Translations under genes and position numbers: made by a program
In this document: positions 40,691 through 49,802 of the stretch, one piece after another
Layout: each line of letters starts with the position of its first letter
Position numbering within the stretch: position 1 is the first letter of the stretch
Notes under the pieces: generated by a model
Told to the model about the DNA's origin: nothing
The model's database searches: none
What the model saw: the letters and a program-made list of their open reading frames with translations, nothing else
Assembly: GCA_902557385.1 (NCBI GenBank)
Contig: CACDZF010000003.1
Location: 2,751 to 66,750 of the forward strand
Source of the DNA: an uncultured Pelagibacteraceae bacterium
Lineage (GTDB): Bacteria > Pseudomonadota > Alphaproteobacteria > Pelagibacterales > Pelagibacteraceae
Length of the DNA: 64,000 nt
Direction: 5' to 3'

Positions 40691-41256
40691 ACATTTAGAG
40701 CTGTTTTTTTAACAACATCTAAAAACTTTTTTCTTTTTTCTTCGCTAACAAATGGAACTGCAAAAAATCTTTTATAAACAACATCTGTTATCCCACATAT
40801 ATTAAAAACTCCTCTTCTTAATCTTTTAGTTGGCATATTTAAAAAAAAAGTTCTAATTGCAAATTGTGGTGATCCATATGTACAAAAAACTACAGCTTTC
40901 TTACCTTTTAAGTTTCCTACTGGATAACCATAATTTCCGAATATCTTTTTAAATTTAAATGCCCAGGGTGGTGCGAGAACTTTATCAATCCATCCCTCTA
41001 CAATAGCTGGCATTCTAAAGTTCCAGATAGGTGCAATTAGAACTATGACATCAGATTTTTCAATTCTTTTTTGGTGATCAATGACTACAGAGTCGGGTTT
41101 TTCACCTGAAAAAACTGGATCAAATTTTTCCTTATAAAGATCCACACAATCGATTTCATTCCCCTTCTCCTCAGAGGTTTTTATAAATGTATTTTTGATT
41201 GCAGCGTTAAAAGATTGATCATTGTAGTGACCATATACAATAAAAATTTTTTTCAT
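40687..41256 (-). CDS. NAD(P)H-dependent flavodoxin-fold oxidoreductase (MdaB/KefF-like)
   Basis: GH...SFN, DLY...FDP, PIWNFRMPA..GWIDKV. Confidence 0.85.
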   Translation of the reverse strand: MKKIFIVYGHYNDQSFNAAIKNTFIKTSEEKGNEIDCVDLYKEKFDPVFSGEKPDSVVIDHQKRIEKSDVIVLIAPIWNFRMPAIVEGWIDKVLAPPWAFKFKKIFGNYGYPVGNLKGKKAVVFCTYGSPQFAIRTFFLNMPTKRLRRGVFNICGITDVVYKRFFAVPFVSEEKRKKFLDVVKKTALNV

Positions 41257-41723
41257 TAATTTCTTAAAACAGGGAAAACCGGATTAGATTTTTCAAAAAT
41301 TTTTTGATATTCCTGTTTTATACATTTATCTGATACATATTGCATTTTAGAGTTTTTAGATATTTTTTCGGCCTCATCACTGTGAAGACCGTATTGTAAC
41401 CACAAAACCTTAGAACCAATTTTTGCAGCTTTTGTTGCAATACCTGGTGCTTCTTTTGATGGACGGAATACGTCTACGATATCGATTGGAACTTTAATTT
41501 CTTCTAAATCCTTAATTACAACTTCTCCATTTATAATCTCTCCTGCTGCAAATGGATTTACTGGTATTACTTTATAACCAAAATCTTGCATATATTTCAT
41601 AACGACATTAGCGGGTTTTCTTTTTAAATTTTTTGGATCCTCTCCTTTTTTCTCCGAACTAACCCCAACCATCGCTATAGTTTTTGAACTTTCTAAAATT
41701 TTTTTTATTTCATTATTGCTCAT
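41256..41723 (-). CDS. CoA-binding protein (YccU-like)
   Basis: IAMVGVS, VIPVNP, DIVDVFR, LWLQ.G. Confidence 0.9.
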   Translation of the reverse strand: MSNNEIKKILESSKTIAMVGVSSEKKGEDPKNLKRKPANVVMKYMQDFGYKVIPVNPFAAGEIINGEVVIKDLEEIKVPIDIVDVFRPSKEAPGIATKAAKIGSKVLWLQYGLHSDEAEKISKNSKMQYVSDKCIKQEYQKIFEKSNPVFPVLRN

Positions 41724-42493
41724 TTATTTTTCCAATTTGGTTTTCTTTTTTCTAAAAAGGCTGATATTCCCTCGTGAGCATCTCTAGCCATCATATTTAA
41801 AGTCATCATCTTACTTGTATACAAATATGCTTTTCTTAAAGGCATTTCTAATTGTTTATAGAATGCTTGTTTTCCAATTTTAATAGTTAGATTTGATTTA
41901 GAAGCAATTGTTTTGGCTACCTTTAAAACTTCATTATTTAATTTTGATTTTGAATAACAATCATTAATTAAACCTATTTCTTTTGCAAAGTTAGCTTTTA
42001 TAGGCTCACCAGTTAAAAGCATTTTCATCATTCTTTTTCTGTGTATTTTTCTACTGACCGCAACCATGGGTGTGCTACAAAATAATCCTATATTAACACC
42101 TGGTGTTGCAAACATTGTATCGTTAGTACTATATGCTAGATCACAACTAGCTACTAATTGACATCCAGCTGCATAAGCGGCTCCATGTACTTTTGCTATA
42201 ACTGGTTTTCTTCCTTCAACTATTTGGATCATTACTTTTGAGCAAAGGTTAAATAGTTTTAAATATTTTGATCTTACTTTTAGAGATCTTACTTCTTTCA
42301 AGTTATGACCAGCGCTAAAGCCTTTTCCAGCTCCTTCTAAAATTATTACTTTAGTATTGTTATCTTTATCTAGTTTTTTAAATGCAATTAAAAGAGAATT
42401 TAGAGTTGCAAAAGATAATGAATTATAAGTCTTTGGATCGTTTATTGTTATGTTTTTTATTCCATTACCTAAATTTTTGACCAAGACATTCAT
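41720..42493 (-). CDS. Enoyl-CoA hydratase family (ECHDC3-like)
   Basis: FSAGHNLKE, AAGCQLVASCD, ATPGVNIGLFCSTP. Confidence 0.9.
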   Translation of the reverse strand: MNVLVKNLGNGIKNITINDPKTYNSLSFATLNSLLIAFKKLDKDNNTKVIILEGAGKGFSAGHNLKEVRSLKVRSKYLKLFNLCSKVMIQIVEGRKPVIAKVHGAAYAAGCQLVASCDLAYSTNDTMFATPGVNIGLFCSTPMVAVSRKIHRKRMMKMLLTGEPIKANFAKEIGLINDCYSKSKLNNEVLKVAKTIASKSNLTIKIGKQAFYKQLEMPLRKAYLYTSKMMTLNMMARDAHEGISAFLEKRKPNWKNK

Positions 42494-42508
42494 AATATTT
42501 TATTACTA

Positions 42509-43447
42509 TCATTTTCTTATCTTGTCTTCATATTTTTTTCTTAGCTTCTGAAGTTTAACTAAATATTCATCCCTTATTTTTGATAATTTTTCTACTGATT
42601 TGCCTTTTGCTTGATTTCTAGTGCCAATAATAACTCTAGATGAAAGTTTTTTTGAAAGCTTTGGAGCTTTTAATTTTGTCCAAGGCAATTTTAATGCTGG
42701 TCCAAATTGTTCTAACATATGCTTCATACCAGCCTTACCACCTGCTAAATGGAATGTTAAGAAAGTTCCCATTAATGACCATCTTAAACCGGGACCATCT
42801 TCAATTGCTCTATCTAAATCTTTTGTAGTTGCATAACCCTCATTTACTATATGTAACGCTTCTCTCCAAAGAGCTTCTTGGAGTCTGTCTGATAGATAAC
42901 CTGGCAATTCTTTTTTAACCATGATTGGATTCATTGAGATAGATTTGTAAAATTTATTAGCCTTATTTAAAATATTTTTTTTTGTTTTTTTTCCAGGTAC
43001 TAACTCCACTCCCGGTATCATGTAAACGGGGTTAAACGGATGAGCTATAATAGTTCGTGAAGCATTTTTGCATTTTGAATAAATTCTAGATGGAAGTAAA
43101 CCCGAAGAACTTGAGGAAATAATTGCATTAGGTTTTGAGTATTTTCCTACAATTTCCATCAATTTGGTTTTTAATTTATAATTTTCTGGTGCACATTCTT
43201 GAATAAAATCTGCATCTTTTAAGGCTTCTTTTAAAGAGGTTACATATTTAAAGTTTTTAAGTTTAAGTTTTTTTTTATTAAAAAGTTTTTTTACATATGG
43301 CCAAGTTCGTTTTATTTCTAAAATTATTTTTTTTTTTAATCTTATATCTTTATCAAATGCTATAACTTTTTTATCATGAGCTAAAAATCTTATAATCCAG
43401 CCTGAACCTATTACACCAGTTCCAATAACAGCTATTTTTTTAATCAT
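42509..43447 (-). CDS. L-carnitine dehydrogenase-like (3-hydroxyacyl-CoA DH family)
   Basis: GTGVIGSGW..RFLA, SSSSGLLPS, HPFNPVY, DRLQEALWRE, GPGLRW, HLAGG..GM.H.L.QFGP.L..PWTKL. Confidence 0.8.
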   Translation of the reverse strand: MIKKIAVIGTGVIGSGWIIRFLAHDKKVIAFDKDIRLKKKIILEIKRTWPYVKKLFNKKKLKLKNFKYVTSLKEALKDADFIQECAPENYKLKTKLMEIVGKYSKPNAIISSSSSGLLPSRIYSKCKNASRTIIAHPFNPVYMIPGVELVPGKKTKKNILNKANKFYKSISMNPIMVKKELPGYLSDRLQEALWREALHIVNEGYATTKDLDRAIEDGPGLRWSLMGTFLTFHLAGGKAGMKHMLEQFGPALKLPWTKLKAPKLSKKLSSRVIIGTRNQAKGKSVEKLSKIRDEYLVKLQKLRKKYEDKIRK

Positions 43448-44299
43448 TTAATCTGCTAAACCATCTGTTCTAGCTACATTTCTTTCCAGATGAATTGGCA
43501 ATACTTTGCCATAAATTGCTTTTGAGTGTTCAGGAGTATTTACTCTCCAAGGATCTAATACGTAAGCAGGGATACACATGTATCTAGATTTTTGACCTTC
43601 TACTTTTGTAACTCTGTGCAATGTAAATCTACCTTTAAATATTTGTAGATCGCCGGGTTCTAATTTTAATTGTTTAACTCTAGCTCTATCTCCCTTTAAA
43701 ACTTTTTTAACTTCTTCAAAATTTTCATTTCCTGGTTCTCTAATATTTGGACAATATTCAAATACACCACCTTTTTCTGGTTTTTGAATCATTAAACTCA
43801 AAGTAAATTCACAACTATCAAAATGCCAAGGAAGAATTCCTTCTGGTTCCATTACATTATAAGCGTGACAAGCCAACGGATCTGCCCATCTATATATTGG
43901 AGAAACTCCTAAACATGCAGATACAAATTTTAAAAGTTCATCCGTTTCATAAAGATATTTCATCTCAGAATTTTTTGGAAAACAATCTGAATTTAAATAT
44001 CCATTATATCTATTCATAAAAGTTCTTTTTGGATGATCCTTAGGTAATTTTGGATTGTCTTCAGCATATAAATAAGGATTTATACTTTCCTTAGACATAT
44101 AAACCTCGTCTAATTGTTTTTCTAATTCTGAATTCATTATTTCTAATGATTTTGGTAAAATAAAATTAGGAATAGTTGAGCAACTAAATTGATCTAGTTC
44201 TTCCTTGCATCTTTTAATTAAATTTTTAATTGTTGGAGAATTTAAGTCATAGATTGGATATTTTTTTAAATCTACTATTGACTTAAGTCTTTCGTTCAC
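43448..44299 (-). CDS. 2OG-Fe(II) dioxygenase, BesD/HalD-like fold, hydroxylase-type HxD
   Basis: WHFD..EF, GG.FEY.PNIR, GDL.IF.GR..LHRVT. Confidence 0.7.
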   Translation of the reverse strand: MNERLKSIVDLKKYPIYDLNSPTIKNLIKRCKEELDQFSCSTIPNFILPKSLEIMNSELEKQLDEVYMSKESINPYLYAEDNPKLPKDHPKRTFMNRYNGYLNSDCFPKNSEMKYLYETDELLKFVSACLGVSPIYRWADPLACHAYNVMEPEGILPWHFDSCEFTLSLMIQKPEKGGVFEYCPNIREPGNENFEEVKKVLKGDRARVKQLKLEPGDLQIFKGRFTLHRVTKVEGQKSRYMCIPAYVLDPWRVNTPEHSKAIYGKVLPIHLERNVARTDGLAD

Positions 44300-44670
44300 T
44301 TTAGATCTCCATCCTCTCGCATTTTAGCTCTAATTTTTGTTGCTGAAATTTTTTGTATTTCTTCAGGCATAACTATTTCCTCAATTTTATAACCTACTCC
44401 TCTTCCGTAACAGATATTGGTAATATTGGGCACCAGGATAACTTTAAATCTTCCCTCAAATTCTGGATTTAATCTTTCTTCTATTTTTTTCTTTACTGTT
44501 TCAAAGTCAAATGGATTATCATCCACTCCTTGCACGTCTCTAATTTGAATACAAACTTGCCCAGTTTTTTTTATAATCTCTTTAAATAAAGCGTAATGAC
44601 CGTCATGAAATGGTTGCCATCTTCCAAGCATTTGTGCAGTTGGTTTTTTGTTATCCCATTTGTAGCTCAT
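44296..44670 (-). CDS. Small HxGH nucleotidyltransferase (cytidylyltransferase/NadM-like)
   Basis: LGRWQPFHDGH, NPF, ISATKIR. Confidence 0.8.
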   Translation of the reverse strand: MSYKWDNKKPTAQMLGRWQPFHDGHYALFKEIIKKTGQVCIQIRDVQGVDDNPFDFETVKKKIEERLNPEFEGRFKVILVPNITNICYGRGVGYKIEEIVMPEEIQKISATKIRAKMREDGDLK

Positions 44671-44702
44671 AAGAATTTTAGTTTATTCCTAATAAAAAAA
44701 AA

Positions 44703-46958
44703 TTAAAAGACTTTATTTAGGTTTATACTCGCTTCTTTACTGTTACCTAAATTAGTTAAATCATCATTTAAATTGAAAGTTAGATCGTATCCATTAATAT
44801 TTTTCTTTATTTCAAATTTAGACATTAAATTATCAGAACCATTTAATGAAAACGCATACTCTGTATCTTCATGGGGTAAATATCCTAAAGCTATATACAA
44901 GTTATCTGTATATCCTGTACCAAATGCATGGTTTCTTTCATAAATTATAAAGACACTATATTTTTCAGGAAAAATTATATCTATACCAATTTCGCCTTTA
45001 AGATTATGTAACGCCCCAGTGTCTAATGTATCATTTAAGGTAATTGGTGCATCCCCAACATAAGAATATTTAAAACTTGATGATCGATCCAATTCAAACA
45101 AATACTCCAATTTTCCATGTCTTTTTAAAGTATATTTATCGCTTGATAAATCTTCAACCGCTGCAATCGTTGCTCTTAAATTTTTTGTTCGAACATGTTG
45201 ATCTTCAACTTCAATAGCTCCAGTTCCTGACTCTTTATATCCTCTTAGTATTGTATGTCCAAAATCAAATTGTGCTGATGGTATAAGTGTTAATTTATTC
45301 TTTTTATATTCGTCTTTAATTTTAAAAGTTCCATATATTTGATTTCCTGTTCTATCTGCGGTTAATCTTTTACCGTCAGCATTATTAAGTATATCAGATC
45401 TTATTTTTCCTATTCCAAAGATTTTATCTAGGTATTTTGTGTCATCTTTAATAGGAGATGTACTATAATATGTAATATTATATGTATTAGAATTTAAATT
45501 ACTTCCAGTGCTACCGACATCAACATCATCATTACCAAATCTAAAAGCTAATCCTTCAAGACCATAATCATCTGTAAATCTATCAAGGCCAAAAGTTAAG
45601 GCATTTGTATTAACCTTTTTTGTTGATGCAATACTAGTATCTCCTACTCTTCCAAGGTAAATATTACCTTCGCTCCAATAAAAATAGTTTTTATTTGAGT
45701 CTTTTTTATTTTTAAACGTTGATATTTTTTTAAAAGATGAAATTGGCACCGCTTTTAAAGATGAAAGCATAGCGTTTGAAAAGTTTAATTTTACATTTTG
45801 GTTTGATAAATTTTGTTTATCTTTATTTCTTCGAATCCACTTCAATCTGTTTAAAGCAGTATTTGTTGATAAATTAATTGTTCTTTTTGCTAACTCCACT
45901 TGAGCTTCTGCCATTCCAGTTCTTTCACTGTTTTGGGTAATAGAAGGACATTTGCCTGATATGATATTAAAAGGACAAACTAAATCAAATTCAAATACAT
46001 TTTCTATACCATTACCACCTCCATTATTTGTTGATGAGTCGTCAGCTATATATAATTTTTCACCATTTCTACTAAATGCGATACCTCGTGCTTGATTTAG
46101 TGTTATTGATGTAATGCTATTTAAACTCACACTACCATCTATTGTAAATGAGGATGTATCATAAGCTGTTGTTAGAGAAATTTGAGTAACACTTGGACTG
46201 TTATGAGATACATGGAAAATTCTTTTTCCATCATTGCTAAATCTAATTGACATAGGATTGTTAAGTTGACCGTCTAAATTAATTCCTGCTGTTAAAACTA
46301 AAGTTACAGTACTTGTTAAATCAAATGGAGATGAGAGTGTATATTCCAAAAGTCTAAGTGCATTGCCATGCATCTGAGCAAACATTTTTGTTCCATCCTC
46401 ACTAAATTCTACTCCTTGTACACGGTTTTTACTATTATTTCCTGATCTGTCTCCAGCTAAACTATCGTCTTGTAAATCTTCAGTCATAAGATCTAATTTA
46501 TGTTTAAATGTACATGTTGAAATATCAAAAGGTGCAGTTAAATCAAATCTGTAAATTCTTTGTGCATCTGAATTATTATCTGCAAGTGCTGAACCAGTTG
46601 TGAACATTATCATTCCATCTTTACTAAACTCTAAATCAAAATGCCTACTGTGTGCGTCAATTTCCTCATCGGTATGATCTAATTCACATCTCTCGCTATC
46701 TCCAGCATAAGTTCTTGTTGAAATATCAAAAGGTGTGGAAAGTGTATACTCCTCAACAAAATTATAATTTCCATCTAAAGGTCCCTGATAAAGAACAAAC
46801 ATTTTAGATCCATCAGTGTTAAAGTGTAAACCAACTGCTGTATTGGAGCCACCAGATGCAACCTCAACATTTTGTACTTCGGTAACCATCGCTCCAAATG
46901 AATTAGAAACTGGAAATAAAAATAATAAAATAAGGATAATTTTTTTTAGAATATTCAT
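44703..46958 (-). CDS. Autotransporter-like outer membrane protein with beta-propeller-repeat passenger
   Basis: Start reassigned to ATG 46958 (signal peptide MNILKKIILILLFLFPVSNSFG); five F.xDG.KMF...L..PFD repeats; C-terminal beta-barrel-like region ending in F. Confidence 0.75.
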   Translation of the reverse strand: MNILKKIILILLFLFPVSNSFGAMVTEVQNVEVASGGSNTAVGLHFNTDGSKMFVLYQGPLDGNYNFVEEYTLSTPFDISTRTYAGDSERCELDHTDEEIDAHSRHFDLEFSKDGMIMFTTGSALADNNSDAQRIYRFDLTAPFDISTCTFKHKLDLMTEDLQDDSLAGDRSGNNSKNRVQGVEFSEDGTKMFAQMHGNALRLLEYTLSSPFDLTSTVTLVLTAGINLDGQLNNPMSIRFSNDGKRIFHVSHNSPSVTQISLTTAYDTSSFTIDGSVSLNSITSITLNQARGIAFSRNGEKLYIADDSSTNNGGGNGIENVFEFDLVCPFNIISGKCPSITQNSERTGMAEAQVELAKRTINLSTNTALNRLKWIRRNKDKQNLSNQNVKLNFSNAMLSSLKAVPISSFKKISTFKNKKDSNKNYFYWSEGNIYLGRVGDTSIASTKKVNTNALTFGLDRFTDDYGLEGLAFRFGNDDVDVGSTGSNLNSNTYNITYYSTSPIKDDTKYLDKIFGIGKIRSDILNNADGKRLTADRTGNQIYGTFKIKDEYKKNKLTLIPSAQFDFGHTILRGYKESGTGAIEVEDQHVRTKNLRATIAAVEDLSSDKYTLKRHGKLEYLFELDRSSSFKYSYVGDAPITLNDTLDTGALHNLKGEIGIDIIFPEKYSVFIIYERNHAFGTGYTDNLYIALGYLPHEDTEYAFSLNGSDNLMSKFEIKKNINGYDLTFNLNDDLTNLGNSKEASINLNKVF

Positions 46959-46977
46959 AAAAAAAATATTTAATATC

Positions 46978-47388
46978 TTATTTTTTAATATCTTTAAATA
47001 TTTTTGGTGCCCAAGTTTGTGCATCTTGGGAAGTGACATGAAAGTCATATTTTTCGGGCTTTATAAACATTTGATTGGTATCCTCAAATCTTCCTTCTTT
47101 AATTGTATCCACCCAAATAACATAATCTGCAGGAAATAATTTTCTCGCTTCTGGGGTGGGGCATATAAAATCAGCAACTACATAATTACCTTCATTTTTT
47201 AATTTCAGAGCAAATTCTGCCATTCTCTTCGCTTGTCTTGTTCTTCCCTCTGGTGAAAAATCCCAATCGTTTGCAGCTTTCCTAACTTCATCTGCATTAA
47301 GTCTTTTAGCATTAATCATTGGCGCCAAAGTCTCTGCAAGAGTTGTTTTGCCTGCACCAGGTAATCCCATTATTAAAATAATTTTCAT
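46978..47388 (-). CDS. Small P-loop kinase, adenylyl-sulfate kinase-like
   Basis: GLPGAGKTT, NADEVR, DFS.EGR.RQ, VADFICP. Confidence 0.75.
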   Translation of the reverse strand: MKIILIMGLPGAGKTTLAETLAPMINAKRLNADEVRKAANDWDFSPEGRTRQAKRMAEFALKLKNEGNYVVADFICPTPEARKLFPADYVIWVDTIKEGRFEDTNQMFIKPEKYDFHVTSQDAQTWAPKIFKDIKK

Positions 47389-48623
47389 TATATTTTTTCT
47401 AGAGGGTGATGAGACATTAACTCTAATCCGTTTTGTCCCACAAGATACTGTTGTTCTAATTTAACTCCCTCCTTGCCTCCAACTTTACCAATATAACTTT
47501 CTAAAGTTATTGTCATATTTTTTTCGAAACTACCACCTTGTTCCCCACCGTCAGTTGGATATTTAATTTGAGGCCATTCATCACAAAGGCCAATTCCATG
47601 AACCATACATGAATAACGATTACCATAATAATCTTCAGGTAAAACCCAAGACTTTGAAACAAATTCTTTAAAAGACATTCCAGGTTTTATTAATCTTGCG
47701 TTATGATCTATTTGATCTGTAGCCATTGAATATAGTTTTTTTTGCTCATCATTAAACTTATGACCAACCACATAAGCTCTCGAAATATCTGCACAGTATC
47801 CGTATGGGCCTACCATATCAGTATCGAAAGCTACCATTTCACCAGTTTGCATTACTTTATTGCTACTCTCTTGCATCCACGGATTTGTTCTTTCCCCAGA
47901 TGAAAGTATTCTGCATTCAATCCATTCTCCTCCATGTTCAATATTCGTTTTATGCAGTATGGACCAAAGCTCATCCTCAGTCATGCCTGCTTTAAGTTCT
48001 TTTCGCATTTTTGCAACACCAATTTCCGCAACCTCTAAAGCTGCCTTCATACATTTTAATTCCTCTGGTGATTTAATAACTCTTGCTTGTTCTAAAATTA
48101 ATTTTGCATCAACCACTTCAATTCCTGAGTTATTTAAAGCAGTAACAGCAGGTCCATTAATAACATCGATAGCTACTTTTTTATTTTTAAAGTAATTTTT
48201 TGATAGATCTTTTATTTCATTGATCCATTTTTTTAATTGTGAACTTGCTTGGTCTCCGTTGCTGAAATAATCCCATGTTATTGATGGTCTAATTTCATCA
48301 ATTAAATCCAAATGTTTAGATAAAATCTCACAATTGAAATATTCATATAAAATCGTTGGTCCATCAACTGGTACAAAACAATATCTTGTTAAATTATGCA
48401 TATTGTAAACACTCATGTTCACAGTATCTAAAGCGTACCTAATGTTTACTGGATCGAATAAAATGCAAGCTTCTAAATTATTTTTTACTAATTCTTTTTT
48501 TACTCTATCAAGCCTGTAAGATCTTAATTTATCAAAATTAATTTCATCCTCTCGTAATCTTTTTTTGGTAATAAATTTTGGCGTAAATTTTGTATCTGGG
48601 GCTATTTTTCTTTTAAATTTCAT
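47388..48623 (-). CDS. dddP: M24 peptidase-fold enzyme, DddP (DMSP lyase)-like
   Basis: LFDPVNIRYA, WIECR.LSSG.RTNPW.QE, FDTD, DISR, HGIGLCDEWP, KLE. Confidence 0.6.
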   Translation of the reverse strand: MKFKRKIAPDTKFTPKFITKKRLREDEINFDKLRSYRLDRVKKELVKNNLEACILFDPVNIRYALDTVNMSVYNMHNLTRYCFVPVDGPTILYEYFNCEILSKHLDLIDEIRPSITWDYFSNGDQASSQLKKWINEIKDLSKNYFKNKKVAIDVINGPAVTALNNSGIEVVDAKLILEQARVIKSPEELKCMKAALEVAEIGVAKMRKELKAGMTEDELWSILHKTNIEHGGEWIECRILSSGERTNPWMQESSNKVMQTGEMVAFDTDMVGPYGYCADISRAYVVGHKFNDEQKKLYSMATDQIDHNARLIKPGMSFKEFVSKSWVLPEDYYGNRYSCMVHGIGLCDEWPQIKYPTDGGEQGGSFEKNMTITLESYIGKVGGKEGVKLEQQYLVGQNGLELMSHHPLEKI

Positions 48624-49799
48624 TTAAATTAAATTTTGTGCTACCCATTTATGAAAATGGTGAGTTGGGTTATCCATAATTGGTGAAAAATTTCCTCCAT
48701 TATAAACAGGAGAATTTCTACCGATCTGCATTCCTTGTATTATATCAACATCTTCTTTTTGAATATCTTCCCACTGTTTATGATTTTGCTCTCTTAATGA
48801 TTTAAATTTATTTGAGTTTGCAGCCTCTTCTCCCACATAATATATTTCCATATGTTCTAAAGTATACTCGTGGTTTATTGGTTCTAGCCAATAAGCATAA
48901 TAATGGTCTTTATGTATACCAAGCATGACATTGGGAAATAAAGCTACATACTCTGCTATATTTTCTTTATCTTTTGGCCAGTTTGGAAAGCACGGAAACT
49001 TTTCATTTCCTTCAAATCTTGGATTATAAACAACGGTACCTTGACCTGCAAAACGATTTGGTAAACCTTGAATATGATAGTGATCCTCAATCTTTGAATA
49101 TGAATTTAATCCTGGATGCACCCATGGCAAATGATAACTTTCACAATAATTTTCAATTGCAAATTTCCAATTACATTTTGCATTTAATTTAAAATATCCA
49201 TAGTCATTAGAATGATTAATTAGATCTCTATCTTTTACCGGCCAAAATTCTTCCCATCTATCACTTAAAGGTTTTATATATTCCTCGAAAGAGATTTCAT
49301 TATTATTAATATTAATCATTATAAGGTCTAACCAAATATATGATCTAATTTCTTTTAGATTACTTTTAGATTTTTCAAATTTTGGAGTTTCGTGAATATT
49401 CATGCCTCCGATATGAGGTGTAGCTATTAGTTCACCCTCTAAATTATACGACCAAGAATGATAAGGGCATCTAATGACATTTTTAATTTTACCTGGTTTA
49501 CTCACTAGTTTTAAACCTCTATGGCTGCAAATGTTGTGAAAAACTTTAATTTGATTAGTTTTAGTTCTAACTATTAAAATTGGAATTCCTAAAAGATCAA
49601 TCGGCTTTGCATCGCCAATTTCAGGCAGTGAACTTGCGGCACCAATTACAATCCACTTATCCTCAAATAATTTTTTTCTTTCGATTAAAGTATACTCTTT
49701 ACTGGTGTAACATTCATTTGGTAAACCATGCGCTTCGTGTATAGGTTTGTTCACAATATCTAACTTTTTTTTATCTATAATATTGTAAATATCTGACAT
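48624..49799 (-). CDS. Rieske oxygenase alpha subunit (choline/carnitine/betaine oxygenase group)
   Basis: CSHRG, CPYH, NWK..ENYCESYHL..VH, ED..I...Q.G. Confidence 0.88.
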   Translation of the reverse strand: MSDIYNIIDKKKLDIVNKPIHEAHGLPNECYTSKEYTLIERKKLFEDKWIVIGAASSLPEIGDAKPIDLLGIPILIVRTKTNQIKVFHNICSHRGLKLVSKPGKIKNVIRCPYHSWSYNLEGELIATPHIGGMNIHETPKFEKSKSNLKEIRSYIWLDLIMININNNEISFEEYIKPLSDRWEEFWPVKDRDLINHSNDYGYFKLNAKCNWKFAIENYCESYHLPWVHPGLNSYSKIEDHYHIQGLPNRFAGQGTVVYNPRFEGNEKFPCFPNWPKDKENIAEYVALFPNVMLGIHKDHYYAYWLEPINHEYTLEHMEIYYVGEEAANSNKFKSLREQNHKQWEDIQKEDVDIIQGMQIGRNSPVYNGGNFSPIMDNPTHHFHKWVAQNLI

Positions 49800-49802
49800 T
49801 CG

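Noticed and set aside
43448-44299. Possible BesD-type halogenase
   Set aside because: The iron triad is HxD; halogenases have HxG or HxA
46959-47048. Longer N-terminus of the autotransporter as given in the track
   Set aside because: Overlaps the kinase gene; the signal peptide starts at ATG 46958
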